DNA of 64,000 bases from Eledone cirrhosa (GCA_964016885.1 OZ024750.1:47926001-47990000); one strand, 5' to 3'. Shown: positions 16,922 through 33,311, counted from the stretch's first letter. Translations and numbers: made by a program. The notes: generated by a model not told the origin, from the letters alone.

Positions 16922-18872
16922 AACGTGCATATATATGGATATACATTATTACCTGCATATATCTATCTACTCTTGTTGTTTGGTGCAGTTATGTTTGTAG
17001 AACATGATGAAATTGTATTAGTAGCCTTACATCATATAATATCTATTTGCATTCAAATATTACGTTTTGCTGTTGCGTGAAAGAGAGAGAGAGGGGGGGT
17101 TAAAGTGAAACTGAGAGAGGTAGAATGAAAGGGAGTTATAGTTGCTATATCAGAATCTGAATGGAGCTTCTTCGGTTTGGATGATAATTTTACCACTTGT
17201 TCTCACAATTAACATCCTGCATATGAAATTAACATGTAACTGACTGAGTCAACCACAGACACGGGTACACTTAAGGTAACTATCAGAGAGATTCGGTGTG
17301 ACAAGTCATTTGTATACCAGCTACAATCCCATTCGAAGAGATTTCAAAAGTGTTCTGGCTAACCAATTTCCCTCACAATTTCGTTGGTAGACCCGATGCA
17401 AACAACACTTAGCAAGTTCTACGCAACGGATACTAAAACTTGACTTCATGAATGAGAATTAAAATCTGTACTCATTCGGCTAGCATATGTCCACATTAAC
17501 CTATGTAGTTTTAACGTGTTTACATATTGATAGATTTGTTATTCGGCAAAGCCATCCATACCCTCTGAAGTTATATTTGGACAGCTCCAGAAACGGATGT
17601 AACATGGAATCTCCACGCTTACTGTTTATCCAAATCATATGGCGTAATTTTGTCTGTATACAGCAAAGTGTCGTCAGTAAAGAAGCCACTCCCATGCAAG
17701 TGTTTTGACACAGAGCTCTTATTAGTCTAAGAGTACTGGTCAAAATCATGTTCATGTTTAACCCATATCCGTGAGATGTTACTTAATCGCTTCTTTATCG
17801 GTCACTTGCGTGTGAGCTACGTAAGCCGTATATAGATTGTTTTAGTTCCATTATGAAAAGTTCCAGCCGGTCTGCTTCTCCACGTGTCCGCTAATACCTA
17901 CAGGGATTTAATTATTTTCGTTTCAGTTATTGAGAATTGTTTCATTATATTAAAGACATGTTGGCCGAAAGCCGCACTTTTTTCCAAACTGTATGATTAG
18001 AAAGTTGGCCAGGAAGCCGCTATATCGATATATCTACTTGTTTATGAAACATAATTTGAACAGCTAATATGTACCAGAGTTATCTCAAATATACAATGGA
18101 AAATATATAATATTATACTGCCTGTAGTTACCTAATTATGGCGATAATAAGATGTTGATCCAACGTTAGGTGAAATCACTTAGTTTAACTGGAATTATTT
18201 TCCCCAGCTTCCTCAATTTAGCAAATGGTAAATATCTATATAAATTTAATGATAACAAGATTCATGAAGTGTCTTCATAAAATGCAACACGCAGCTGAAT
18301 CTATATATAAACATTGAAATAAATAATTGCTTTATGCTTGCATCTGCTTGTGCACGAAATCAAATAAGTTATCTCATCATTTTACTACTACTATTACATA
18401 ACATAGTATATACATAAATATACTGCGCAGACCGGTGGGGGTGAATTCGTGCTCACAGGGGAACGGATGAAGAACCCAAAAGCACACACTTCGTCCGTTC
18501 CCATGTCGATTCAACTTGGATTGCCTCGGAAACATAACCTTATTATGTAACAAGCTGTCTGATGATGTCTCGACACTCGCACACAGAACAGTGTGGCCAG
18601 TGTCGTCATTGATCTATATATCACACCATTATTATTAAAGGACTTGAACATCTGAAACTACTTCGCTTTTAATTATTCGATATTTACTCCGTCACTCCTA
18701 TGTGGAAAAAGTACGTTGAGTGCTTGAACTGAATTGCATCAATATTTACGTGAAGAATATATATATATATTATGATATGTAATTATTATATAGAAATACA
18801 AACATCACCTGGTTTAATACACTTACATACATATATATGACATACACTTTATACAACGTGATGACACAATTG

Positions 18873-18935
<63 letters not shown>

Positions 18936-19051
18936 TCATATAGCTGTACGTGTGTATATATTATGTTATTACGTTGTAGATTTCAGGATTATATATATAT
19001 AAACAGGCACACACACACCCACACACATACACATACACACATACGCACAAC

Positions 19052-19115
<64 letters not shown>

Positions 19116-19369
19116 AATAAAATGTATCGCTGATTATTTTCTGTAAAGCATTAAAGTTAAAGGTTTATGGGAAATACTAAGCTACATAAAATTATATTCG
19201 CCACTACGAATTCATAGATTTGGACAGCAGATTGCAGAAACTTATGTATTCGTTGCTTCTAGTTATACAAACCAGGAAACTTATCCAATACCCACACACA
19301 TACGCACACACATAATCACACACCCACATACACACACAGAGGTATATATAAATAAATATATATATATGT

Positions 19370-19500
19370 AGAACATGTTGTAAGGAACCAGGTGTATCAT
19401 GACGCACCAGACTACTCGATACTTAGAGTAGTAGAGTAGATCTAGCTGTTGAAACGGCCGGAGATCACCCGTCGTGTACGAAGACGTAACTCCTGAAAGA
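19370..19500 (-). repeat. Diverged copy of the pseudo-LTR end and tail seen at 30857-31050 and 50201
   Basis: Minus actctactactctaagtatcgagtagtctggtgcgtcatgatacacctggttccttacaacat matches 30976-31040 actctactaccctaagtattgagtactttggtgccttatggtccacctggttccttaccacat. Confidence 0.7.
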
Positions 19501-20807
19501 TCGAAGGACTCCGTTGTGATATTCACTATGTTTTGAGTAGGCTAAACCTATATGAACCGATTCATTCCAGACAGAGCAGGATTGATACAGTTGAAGTGAG
19601 AAAGTCATATATAGAAGGAATCGACCCCAATACTGGACTGGTAAATATTTATTGACATCGAAATGATGCAAAGCGAATCTGACTTGGTCGCGTCTGAAAT
19701 TCGGGGTGCAGAGATGGAATGAATGCTGCAAATCAATTTTTCCGACGTTCGAACCATTCAATCAATGTAGTGTGTCAGATAGTTACCAGATTTTCCGATT
19801 CACATAGAAAATTGCATGTATATTCGTTTCATTTTGTTGACATTCATTACATCAGTGCAAGGAAAAAAATGATTTTACATATTTGCTCCCGGTTACTCTT
19901 GGCATAAAAATGCACAATTTGAATTTGGGACGCTTGGAATTGGACCATACACCTCAAACCTGTTCAATGCCGTTTTAAACATTTTTCTAATCTAACATCC
20001 TTCGTGTATTTTTCTTAATTTTACCGCCGCCGAATGGATGGCATGCAAATTTGGCTTCCACTGGATTTGGGGACAAATGTCTACGCCATGAATCCAAAGA
20101 CACCTCTCAACTCTCTCTCGTGTGGACATCTCTACATATTTCCAGATTATGTAATTTCATTTCTCTAATCATTTTCTTCAATATAATTTCCTGGTCAACA
20201 ACCTGTTATTTCCATGTCTCTTGATTTGATTTTTCTATATTAGATTCATTTTAATCGCCTTCTTCTCCGGCTTCTTCTGCACGTGTTCCCTTTCAATTTC
20301 AGAAATTTATATCACTTTTCATGTCGCACTGTAGCTGCTACACAACACTCTTTTTAATTAAGTTTATAATGATTATATATGTGGTTACATATGTATGAGT
20401 ATACAAACATACATATATGTTCGTATATATGTATATATTTATATCATCTTTTATTCTTAATCGGTTGTGAATTTCGTATATCTAAATGTATACGGTATTT
20501 TAATAAATAAACATTTTGAAAGCCTCAGCTATGAATAGAAGACAGACAGACATGTTTGTGTATTCATATATACAGCCATACAGATGTGAATATAGACTTC
20601 AAGTTGAATATTTATGCAACACGTATAAGAAACCAAATGTCGCAATGGAAATCTTGAGAATGTGATTTTCACAGAAATAGAAGGCGCATGGGTATTTAAG
20701 AAATTGCATCTACAATCCTTTAATGGAACTGTAAATATATATAAAAGATTCCTGAAATTTAGCATGTAATAACATAATATATACACATATACAGCTGTAG
20801 GGATGTG

Positions 20808-20844
<37 letters not shown>

Positions 20845-20968
20845 TCACGTATAACGCAAGGCATACTGATCCACATATGTCTTATCAAGCTTGCTGTTAC
20901 AGCTACACATAAATATAAACATACATATGTAGCTGATAATGTCTAAATTCCAATGAAAGTGTCGTGAT

Positions 20969-21693
20969 TGATTCCGTGTTAAAAACCGTCATCGTAACAC
21001 CAAATACATACACATACATACTGGTACACTCACACAAAAATACACCAACATTGATTCTGTGTTAAAAACCGTCATTGTATTGGACAGAACACCAAATACA
21101 TACACATACATACTGGTTCACTCACACAAAAATACACAAAAATTGATGTTGTATTAAAAACCGTCATTGTATTGGACAGAACACCAAATACATACACATA
21201 CATACTGGTTCACTCACACAAAAATACACAAAAATTGATGTTGTATTAAAAACCGTCATTGTATTGGACAGAACACCAAATACATACACATACATACTGG
21301 TTCACTCACACAAAAATACACAAACATTGATGTTGTATTAAAAACCGTCATTGTATTGGACAGAACACCAAATACAAATACATACATACTGGTCCACTCA
21401 CACAAAAATACACAAAAATTGATGTTGTATTAAAAACCGTCATTGTATTGGACAGAACACCAAATACAAATACATACATACTGGTCCACTCACACAAAAA
21501 TACACAAAAATTGATTATGTGTTAAAAACCGTCATTGTATTGGACAGAACACCAAATACATACACATACATACGGGTTCACTCACACAAAAATACACAAA
21601 AATTGATTATGTGTTAAAAACCGTCATTGTGTTGAACAGAACACCAAATACAAACACATACATACTGGTCCACTCACACAAAAATACACAAAG
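20969..21693. repeat. 92-bp minisatellite, about 8 copies
   Basis: Unit ttgatgttgtattaaaaaccgtcattgtattggacagaacaccaaatacatacacatacatactggttcactcacacaaaaatacacaaaaa at 21143, 21235, 21327 etc. Confidence 0.95.
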
Positions 21694-22827
21694 ACACACA
21701 TATCGGTATACGCATACTAAAATAAAAGACATACACAGGATAGTACACATACTATTTGCAGCAAAATATTCTTCTGTGAAATATAACTCGATACATAGAC
21801 AACCAGGTTTGAAACTAATCAAACTGGGAGATAATCAATGATGCTAGTATTGATAATTATAATTCAATGACATACGTTTCAATGATTTGCGTGTTCTGAA
21901 CACAGACGTGATTCGGAAATATCCAAGCATGCAGGTGAAACAACTCTATGCTACACAGGATAGCAAAACATTATTGCGTGTCATATATCAGAAAAGATAG
22001 ATAGCTATGTTTGTATGATGAAACTGCACAACTAGATCTCTGATTGATCAACTGAATGACCTGTGGGTTGTCCAACGAGAAATCTTGATTTTAACTTTAG
22101 ATCTTCTAGGTTATTATATACATAAGAACGGAGATCGTCTGATCAATATAGTACAATCTATATCTCATACGTTTAGAAAATATGTATTATGGAGATTATA
22201 TTATCAGTAAAATTCTAAAGAAAATGGTCGGCATTGGAATTGGCAGCAATATCCGATAGAGACAATTCTATATCTAGATCTACATTGTGTTCCTTCAACA
22301 CGAAGATCGTACTGGGTGGGTAGTTTGCTGATTTGTGTATAACACCTCACTGTGTTTCATACCTCATATACCTTCGTTTAACAAAACTTTCTTTAAACAA
22401 AAATATAGAGGAATGTTATCTCTTTTGTTTTGAATTGATTATCCATAAAATATGATATATTTGAAATTGGTGATTTTTTTCCCCTCAAGCCAAGTTTGAA
22501 AATAATAATGTTTAATTAATGCAGTTTTTAGATTTTGCGAATATTTCATAGCTAATGAATTCGGTCATATTTAAAACACAAATGTGTGATTCATTAAAAT
22601 GAACCAGGGTTCGGAACAAATGGAATGGTGTTCATACTCTCCTGGTATTCATCTCACAAATCAAACGTACATGATTTTACAATAGGTGGTCTCCATAAAA
22701 AAAGCACTGTCCTTCACCGAAATCGTTTTATAGATACTGTTATCCCCCATCGCACACGTATGTATGCATACATGTATATATTATAAATATGTACACACAC
22801 GCATATATATAAATATGTATATATATG

Positions 22828-22887
<60 letters not shown>

Positions 22888-23584
22888 TAACAGATTAAAG
22901 TGTAAGCAAAGAATCGCTGCTTTCACCCATAACGGGATCTTCTGAGAGTAGAAGAATCAATATGTGAACGCAGAAGTAAACATTTCGAAAAACGTTGCAA
23001 CCAAAGGAAGGCAGGAAGACGATACTTTGCTTCGTGGAAACGTTCCCTGGCACTTTCTCTTTGACTTTTATTCTTATCTTATATATTATTTCATTAATTT
23101 TTCATATTTTATATTTTTATATCTATCGACCTTCAGTCTGACACTGCTTTGACTGATACACTCCCTTCCCTGTATATATCACATACATATATGTGGTTGC
23201 GTGTGTCTGTATGTTTATACGCGTGCATCCTTTCATCCTTGTATGTGTATATATTTCAATTCTTCGTCCCTGAGTCTGTATGTACGCTAACTCTATTATA
23301 TTATCTTACAATTCCTTTTTCAACATATATTATATACGTATTTGTGGTCACACATACACTGATGTGATTGCCCTCATGTATGGACTTACACACACATTTT
23401 GGCACTATACACATGCATTTGTACATACTCACATATGTACATTGGTAGGTGCATATACACACATTTATACACATACCCTTACTATATTTCTTTATTTTAT
23501 TTATATATATCTCTTGTATTTTTTTTGCCCGTTAAACTGTTGCCTTTCTTGAGTAGAATTTTCAAATATTTCACTATGTTTTAA

Positions 23585-23660
23585 ATTGCCTTGTCTGACG
23601 AACGAATGCGGACGTTTCTCATATTCGTCTTATTCGGGAAACCTCTGGTAATGAGGTAAT
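23585..23660 (+). ncRNA. Type I hammerhead ribozyme ending a non-coding PLE-type insertion (~22882-23685)
   Basis: ATTGCCTTGT-CTGACGA-[CGAAT/ATTCG, GGACG/CGTCT]-GAAA-CCTCTGG-TA-ATGAGGTAAT; 10-bp stem I with G:U pairs; related to the 4875 HHR. Confidence 0.82.
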
Positions 23661-23684
23661 TATATTGTATTGTTTATTATATAT

Positions 23685-23990
23685 AAGAAATAATCGAGAA
23701 TCAGAACCTCGGCCCACGAAATAATGATAAACAATCTTCGACATGTGTGGCAGAGGGCTCAATAGTTTGGATGAACCAGAGCTATAACTATCGTTAAAGT
23801 ACCAACACATAGAGACGATGCCTAAAATCAATCGCACAGCCGAAAAAAACGACCAGGAAAATTCGGGTCACTCAAATAATAAATTAATAAATTAATAAAT
23901 TAAATTAATGTAAAAACACACCCGGACCCGCTTGAAGGATGTTAAATTCTAGCTTTTTGGGTTTCTGCAGTTCCTTAATCAATTACTGTC
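23685..23990 (+). repeat. Unclassified dispersed repeat; diverged copy at ~54625-54900
   Basis: Collinear blocks cgagaatc, atgtgtggca, gctcaata, gaaccagagcta, cgttaaa, cgcacagcc, aaacgacca, gggtca. Confidence 0.65.
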
Positions 23991-24351
23991 AGCCCACATA
24001 AATGAATATATATATACGTATATGTTAGCAGTAACACTTACTTGGCAAGGTGTATTTGGAAGAATTGTATGTGTTTATTTAGAATTAGCATATGGGAGTT
24101 TCTTAATAGATTGATAAGTGTTCGTTATAAAAATATTATATTTCTTTCTCTTTTGCTCTGTACTCGGTCACAATGTCACTAAAAACGAAGAATGACAGGT
24201 AGCGTTGTTTCAATTTATGTACATAAGCATATATATATTGTATATATATATGTATATATATTTGCTCCAGGGTTCTTATATATTTGATATATATTTATCC
24301 TTCTCGAGTCCTCTTTGAAATTTACACTTTACATTTAATATTTTTATTACT

Positions 24352-24542
24352 GCGGTGGATTGGCAGTATCGGTAGAGAGTCTGACGCCATGCTTTCCAGC
24401 ATAGTTACGCCCCTTTACGGTCTAAGTTCTAATCCAGGCGAGGTTTAATTTGCCTTTCATCCTTACGGGGTCGTCAAAATAATGGACCAGTAATGGACTG
24501 GTGAATTGCTGGCCTTGTGCCAAAAAGTAGAAACAATTATTA

Positions 24543-24543
<1 letters not shown>
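24352..24543 (+). mobile_element. Full-length tRNA-derived SINE
   Basis: gcggtggattggcagtatcggtagag..aagttctaatcc..ccttacggggtcg..gtagaaacaattatt. Confidence 0.85.
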
Positions 24544-24595
<52 letters not shown>

Positions 24596-24752
24596 TGTTT
24601 GATTGTATGTATGTATATATATTTAATGTAGAAATGTCTTCTACAGGACTATAACTATTTAATTCGAAGGAAATCATCAGACGTGAACCCGTGATGCACC
24701 ACCATCTCACACACACACACCGACATACACATATACACACACATAGATATAC

Positions 24753-24784
<32 letters not shown>

Positions 24785-25030
24785 AATATAATTGAATATA
24801 TGAGTTAGATAAACACAGATATAAGTATACATGTGTTCCAATTGCGAAGGACCAAGTTAACTAGGTTTTTCAACCTAGTTAACTTGGTCCTTTGCAATTG
24901 TGACACATGTATACTTATATCTGTGTTTATCTAACTCATATATTCAATTATATTGCACGGCTCGGAGACATTTCTTTCTTGGAGCTATTTAATGTAAAAG
25001 ACTATTTTGAGTTTCTAAATTAATGTGTGA
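24785..25030. repeat. Hairpin inverted repeat (~83-bp arms, 24785-24954) with 3' tail
   Basis: aatataattgaatatatgagttagataaacacag..gttaactaggtt mirrored by aacctagttaac..ctcatatattcaattatatt. Confidence 0.88.
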
Positions 25031-25079
25031 TATATATATAGGTATAGAATTGTATATGCATGCACATATTGTATATATG

Positions 25080-25113
<34 letters not shown>

Positions 25114-25231
25114 CATAATCATAAGTTTAACAAGGTACATTGATTAATCAATGAATAAAGTTTAACAATAGATTAGAAGCACTCGATAGAAGGGGTTTTC
25201 TGGAGTTAAAAATATTATTTCAAAATATTAA

Positions 25232-25420
25232 TAATTGTTTCTACTTTAGGCACAAGGCCAGCAATTACCCGGAGTATTCCTGGTACTTTATTCTATCGAC
25301 CCCGTTACGATGAAAGGCAAAGTCAACCTCGGCGGGATTTGAACTCAGATCGTAGAGGGACGTATCTATGCTGGAAAGCATGGCGTCCAACCCTCTACCG
25401 ATACTGCCAATCCACCGCCA
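25232..25420 (-). mobile_element. Full-length tRNA-derived SINE with 12-bp target-site duplication
   Basis: A box TGGCAGTATCGG and B box GAGTTCAAATCC on minus; TCAAAATATTAA at 25220-25231 and 25421-25432. Confidence 0.9.
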
Positions 25421-25478
25421 TCAAAATATTAACAATATGACTTCAACATATGTCTATATTTATTAATATTTTGAAGTA

Positions 25479-25974
<496 letters not shown>

Positions 25975-26174
25975 NNNNNNNNNNNNNNNNNNNNNNNNNN
26001 NNNNNNNNNNNNNNNNNNNNNNNNNNNNNNNNNNNNNNNNNNNNNNNNNNNNNNNNNNNNNNNNNNNNNNNNNNNNNNNNNNNNNNNNNNNNNNNNNNNN
26101 NNNNNNNNNNNNNNNNNNNNNNNNNNNNNNNNNNNNNNNNNNNNNNNNNNNNNNNNNNNNNNNNNNNNNNNNNN
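25975..26174. other. Assembly gap (200 N)
   Basis: Run of N. Confidence 1.
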
Positions 26175-26339
26175 ACAGCTCCACCACTATTGAGCTAACA
26201 TACTATCAATTATCAGTATGCTGATCAAAGACCAACTCCCTATGTCGACCAAGAACATACCAATACCATCCAAGAATACATACGAGAAATGATTGATCAA
26301 CAGTGTCAACTCCTTTATTAATAGAGTGAGATGGAGGAC

Positions 26340-28620
26340 ATTCCATTATGATAAAAACAAATCTAACAAAGTTGATAATACTAACAAATTCGACTCCATC
26401 TGCTTTAAAACTTTTAGAAGCCCCCCCCCCTCACAACACACTACTAAACTCCTTTGAAAATGACCTAATTAAATTAGTTAAGAACATTGAATACAAAAAG
26501 CATTGTAATAAAAACAACACCTTCTTAACTTAACTCCTCTATTAATGAATTCAAAACAAGTAGTAAAATTATTGTGCATGCGGACAAAACTAATAACATA
26601 TACAGCCTAGATTATGATACGTATAGAAAGTTTATATATAATGAACTACATAAGAGCTACAAGAAAACTAATATGAAAAACTTAGAAGAAAATAATATAG
26701 AAGGCCGTAGTATAGTGTCCAAACTAGGACTTCAGAGACATACACAACCATACACCCCAAACCCACCTAGATTCTCTCTGAAGGACCATAAGGAGGATTT
26801 CATTAGCAACCCCTCGATTAGACTAATCTGCCCTTCCAAGTCTGACATTGGCATTATCAGTAAGAACACTTTTGATAAAATCATCCCACAGATTAAACAC
26901 AAAATATACCTTAAACAATGGGGAAATACAGGTGAAGTTATTGAATGGTTTAAAGATATCAAGGAAAACAAAGATAAAAAATGTATTCAATTTGATATCA
27001 ATTCATACTACAACTCTCTTTCCCCTATACTATTAAATAAGGCACTAATTATGGCCATGAACAATAGGGACCTGACTAGACCCAGATTGATGTCATACTT
27101 GCGGCCCGTAAAACCGTAATCACTTTTGAAGACCAGTTATGGACCGCAAGGATACGCAAAACAACTTCGACATAACCATGGGATCTAGTGACCCGGCGCA
27201 GGTCACTGATTTGGTGGGCCTATACTTACTAAACGAAATCAATAAGGACCTTCCATACCTCAACGGTGGTTTGTACCGGGATGATACACTTCTCCTTATA
27301 GACTATAAAACATTTAATATAGAAAGAACTAGAAAACTATTACACAAGACTTTCAAAAATTATAACCTAAGTATCACCATAGACAAAAACACTAAAAACG
27401 TTAACTTCCTAGATGCCACCTTCTACCTAGACTATAGGATATATACACCATTCCATAAACCTAACGAAAACATGATTTACGTAGATATCAAGTCTAACCA
27501 CCCTAGATCAATAAATATTAAAATCTATCTCTAAGGGAATATCCAATAGAATCTCTAATCTATCTTATGTCGAAAACATATTTAACAAAAACTCACAATA
27601 TTATAATCAGGCATTAGCTAGATCAGGCCATAATAATGAGATCGAGTTCCTACCTACAAAAACACATAGTTATAACATTATTTCGCACAATATGTCCATG
27701 ATGAAAAATAGTAATAAGAATAATAACCACACACCCACTAGTACGAAGGGTGGCAACAAACGTAACCAACACCAGGGATGTCACCAACATACCATAAACG
27801 GAAGCATCTCACCAGACATAAAACACAAAAATAGAAGAAGAAATAATACATTTTCCAACACACCTTTCAATCTAAACGTCTCTACCAACCTACCTAAGGC
27901 TTTCTTCTCACTCCTGGATAAAAACTTCCCATCGGGCCACAATTACCATAGTCTTATAAACAAAAACACAATTAAAATCTCCTACTCTACCATGCCTAAC
28001 ATAGCATACCACATAGCTAGTAGCAATAAAAGAAAAAATAATACTTAGCCCCAAGAAACTAAACAACGTTATATCTGCAAACACTGAAATCAATAGTAAT
28101 AATAGTAATAGCACGAGCGTAAGCAATAATGCTGGGAGGGACAATCCCCATAGCCATAGTGCAATAACTAGCAACCAGATTTCTACTCAACATAATAACC
28201 GGCAAGTTAACATCCAAAATAATTGTAACTCTAGATCTAATAGAACCTGCCCTTTAGATAAAAACTGCTTAATCAAGGACATCATATACTCATGCACCGT
28301 CATAACTAGCAACTCTTCTGAAACCTATATAGGCTCTACTTCGAACTCCTTTAAAACTAGATACAATTCACACATCCATTCTTTCAAAAAACACAGTCTA
28401 GCGAACTCCACTTCACTATCTAGCTACATACACTATCTAAAAATAGATCTTATACACTTATATGGGATGTGATAGGTAAGGCGGCATCCTACAAACCACC
28501 TAATAAATTCTGTACCCTCTGTACTATAATCGTTTCAAACAATAACCTCCATAATAAAAAATCGGAGGTGTTTGCGTCGTGCCAGTACCGCTTCCGGAAC
28601 TCCTTCCAAAACTTTAAACC
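26340..28620 (+). pseudogene. Decayed Penelope-like RT plus GIY-YIG ORF (Naiad-like); 3' non-coding region may extend to ~29900
   Basis: ADKTNNIY, LKDHKEDFISNPSIRLICPSKSDIG, IQFDINSYYNSL, FDITMGSSDPAQVTDLVGLYLL, GLYRDD, VNFLDATF, SNHP, KISYSTMPNI, CNSRSNRTCPLDKNCLIKDIIYSC..TYIGSTSNSFKTRYNSH, FCTLC; multiple stops and frameshifts. Confidence 0.9.
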
Positions 28621-30145
28621 CAATATATAACAAAGTCAGACTTGAACCCATCACCACTTCTAACACTACACCTCAAGGGCACACCTTACACCATAACTCC
28701 ACACTCTCTGATCCACCCTATCTCAACACAAAACATTCCATCTATTTATACCCTAGAAATATCCCCATAAACACCTACTTTTAGTATAATTACATTCAAT
28801 TACTAATCATTATTTAGTGATACAATACAGTCTATGTAAGCTTTAAATACCAGATTCGACAATGAATTATTTATTTGTATGTATGGAGTGATGACATTGG
28901 ATTTATATAAGATTAATTTATTAACATAAGAGATCTGTATAACTTACATGTTGAGTGAAATGAATTATGTATGAATGGATATTTGAGTTATATATGCAAG
29001 TATAAATTGATGGATAGATTAATGACATTGGAAATGAGGGATGTTTTTGTCTGCCCTAGAGATATATTTGGCTTTGCCATGGAAACAGCCATACACTGCT
29101 CCAGAACTTACCGGGGATTATGTAGACATAATTCTAATAGGTCCCTTGACATGTTCTGTGAGTAGACTACATTAGCAAAGAACTTTGATATAAATATATG
29201 GCTCTTTGTATGGAATATTCAGTTGTAGCACTGTATGATAGGGAGTAATCATGCTAATATAAATACCTTAAGTACATCATGATAGAGTAGACAGTATTTA
29301 AAATTGGAAACTGGATATAAATATATAACCGTCTATATAAGGGACTCAATTGAGACACCTTATAATGTATGTTAGAACAATGTATTTTAGTTATGGAAAT
29401 CAGCTAGTTACCTCCCCTTACGCATTAACTCCCCTTAATTACACACATATTTCCGGATAATAACCCGATGTAAATACTCGCAGCTGAATCAACCTATTCT
29501 ATAAAATTGGATTAAATAACACTGAGCCGCAATAAGCTAAAATAATTTAATTAATGCATCAAACATCCAATACGGATTCATCGTTACCTATGTGATGGAT
29601 GTATAAACTATATATTACTTTTCCTGAAAGTGAAAATGGTGGTGGATACGAAAACCATAACTTTCTTTTGCTTCTCCTTTTTATTTTTATTTTTCTGCAC
29701 ACATACCCTTTTATTATATACAAAAATACATTACCACTACAAGCACCATAATACTCTTACTTACCCGCTTAGAGTGCTTGTATTGCATGTAACACCCTGC
29801 CACACAATAATCATATATAAATGAGACACACGTGCATGTGTAACTGACGCATACACCAGCTAATACATCTGACTAACAAACTATCCTCTTGCATTATCTA
29901 TGTTAACAGCCGAATGTATTTTAATTTTGATTTTGATTTTGAATTTGAATTGATATACAGAAATAATATAGTATAATATATGTCACTCCACTGTACATCA
30001 ACATATACATATGTAGCTGTATGTCTCTTGTGTTGGAAAGGAGGGCAATTATGTATACAAACATTGAAAAATGGTCCGAAGATTCCAAGCCTAGGTATGG
30101 ATGAAACAATTGTAAGTGAATAAATGCTTTAAAATTAGCTTTGAT

Positions 30146-30856
<711 letters not shown>

Positions 30857-30859
<3 letters not shown>

Positions 30860-31050
30860 GGAACGAGTAGGACTCCGACGGCTGAGCTCAAACCGTTTCG
30901 ACGGCTAATTCAGTCCAGATTTAGCCGTCGAAACGGCTTGAGCTCAGCCGTCGTGGTCCTACTCGTTCCTATTACCCACTCTACTACCCTAAGTATTGAG
31001 TACTTTGGTGCCTTATGGTCCACCTGGTTCCTTACCACATTTCCTTCGTT
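30857..31050. repeat. Small palindrome (30857-30972) plus tail; terminal fragment of the pseudo-LTR family at 50201-50455
   Basis: ataggaacgagtaggac..cgacggctaa mirrored by ttagccgtcgaaacgg..gtcctactcgttcctat; holds only the 3' half of the HHR. Confidence 0.88.
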
Positions 31051-31141
31051 ATATATATATATCTTTGTATATATATATGTATATATATATGTATATATAT
31101 ATGTATATATATATGTATATATATATGTATGTATATATATG

Positions 31142-31172
<31 letters not shown>

Positions 31173-31182
31173 GTATATATAT

Positions 31183-31231
<49 letters not shown>

Positions 31232-31291
31232 TATATATATATATATGTACATATATATATGTACATATATATATGTACATATATATATATA

Positions 31292-31341
<50 letters not shown>

Positions 31342-31385
31342 CATATATATATATGTATATATATATGTATATGTATATATATATG

Positions 31386-31416
<31 letters not shown>

Positions 31417-31717
31417 GTATATATATATGTATATATATATATATGTATATATATATGTATATATATATATATATGTATATATATATAACTTTGAATAACT
31501 TTGAAATGTTTTGGCCAGTATTGGCCCAGGCCATGTCTAACTTAATAGCACCACCTGGCGAAGTCTTTCAATTCAGGATTTGGGCACCATGGCCCATTCG
31601 AGAAGAGAATTACTGTTTGCGGAGACATATCCGGGTGTGGGTGGTTTGTCCGGGATTACTTGGAGGAATTTGTGATATATATATATATGTATATATATAT
31701 ATATGTATATATATATG

Positions 31718-31750
<33 letters not shown>

Positions 31751-31795
31751 GTATATATATATGTATATATATATGTATATATATATATGTATATA

Positions 31796-31840
<45 letters not shown>

Positions 31841-32006
31841 GTATATATATATGTATATATATATATGTATATATATATGTATATATATATATGTATATAT
31901 ATATGTATATATATATATGTATATATATATGTATATATATATGTATATATATATGTATATATATATAGTATATATATATGTATATATATATGTGTATATA
32001 TATATG

Positions 32007-32037
<31 letters not shown>

Positions 32038-32038
32038 G

Positions 32039-32069
<31 letters not shown>

Positions 32070-32080
32070 GTATATATATG

Positions 32081-32111
<31 letters not shown>

Positions 32112-32122
32112 GTATATATATG

Positions 32123-32171
<49 letters not shown>

Positions 32172-32288
32172 GTATATATATATATATATATGTACATATA
32201 TATATATATATATGTACATATATATATATATATATATATATGTATATGTACATATATATATATATATGTACATATATATATATATATG

Positions 32289-32339
<51 letters not shown>

Positions 32340-32406
32340 GTACATATATATATATATATATATGTACATATATATATATATATATATGTACATATATATA
32401 TATATA

Positions 32407-32437
<31 letters not shown>

Positions 32438-32460
32438 GTACATATATATATATATATATA

Positions 32461-32554
<94 letters not shown>

Positions 32555-32564
32555 TATATATATG

Positions 32565-32616
<52 letters not shown>

Positions 32617-32626
32617 TATATATATG

Positions 32627-32688
<62 letters not shown>

Positions 32689-32689
32689 T

Positions 32690-32750
<61 letters not shown>

Positions 32751-32775
32751 TATATATATGTATATGTATATATAC

Positions 32776-32813
<38 letters not shown>

Positions 32814-32823
32814 TATATATATG

Positions 32824-32871
<48 letters not shown>

Positions 32872-32956
32872 TATATATATGTATATGTATATATACATAT
32901 AATATATATAATATATATATATATATGTACATATATATATGTATATGTATATATAC

Positions 32957-32996
<40 letters not shown>

Positions 32997-33006
32997 TATA
33001 TATATG

Positions 33007-33060
<54 letters not shown>

Positions 33061-33070
33061 TATATATATG

Positions 33071-33124
<54 letters not shown>

Positions 33125-33134
33125 TATATATATG

Positions 33135-33165
<31 letters not shown>

Positions 33166-33255
33166 TATATATATATATATGTACATATGTATATGTATAT
33201 ATACATATATATGTATATATATATATATATATATGTACATATATATATGTATATG

Positions 33256-33295
<40 letters not shown>

Positions 33296-33311
33296 TATAT
33301 ATATGTATATG

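Noticed and set aside
20969-21693. CRISPR-like regular array (also 30340-30818)
   Set aside because: Whole units repeat with no unique spacers, no cas genes, eukaryotic context; no HHR core seen in the 92-mer.
25232-25420. tRNA gene
   Set aside because: A and B boxes belong to a multi-copy SINE head; no cloverleaf or acceptor stem.
26340-28620. Selenocysteine recoding, known in some Naiad PLEs
   Set aside because: Conserved Cys positions read here and at 34062-34208 and 50895-51280 are not TGA, and no SECIS was recognised by eye; a SECIS search tool would be needed to exclude it fully.
29585-29665. Expected HHR at the 3' end of the Naiad-like element
   Set aside because: Only fragments (CTGAAAG, GAAAACCATA); no consistent fold.
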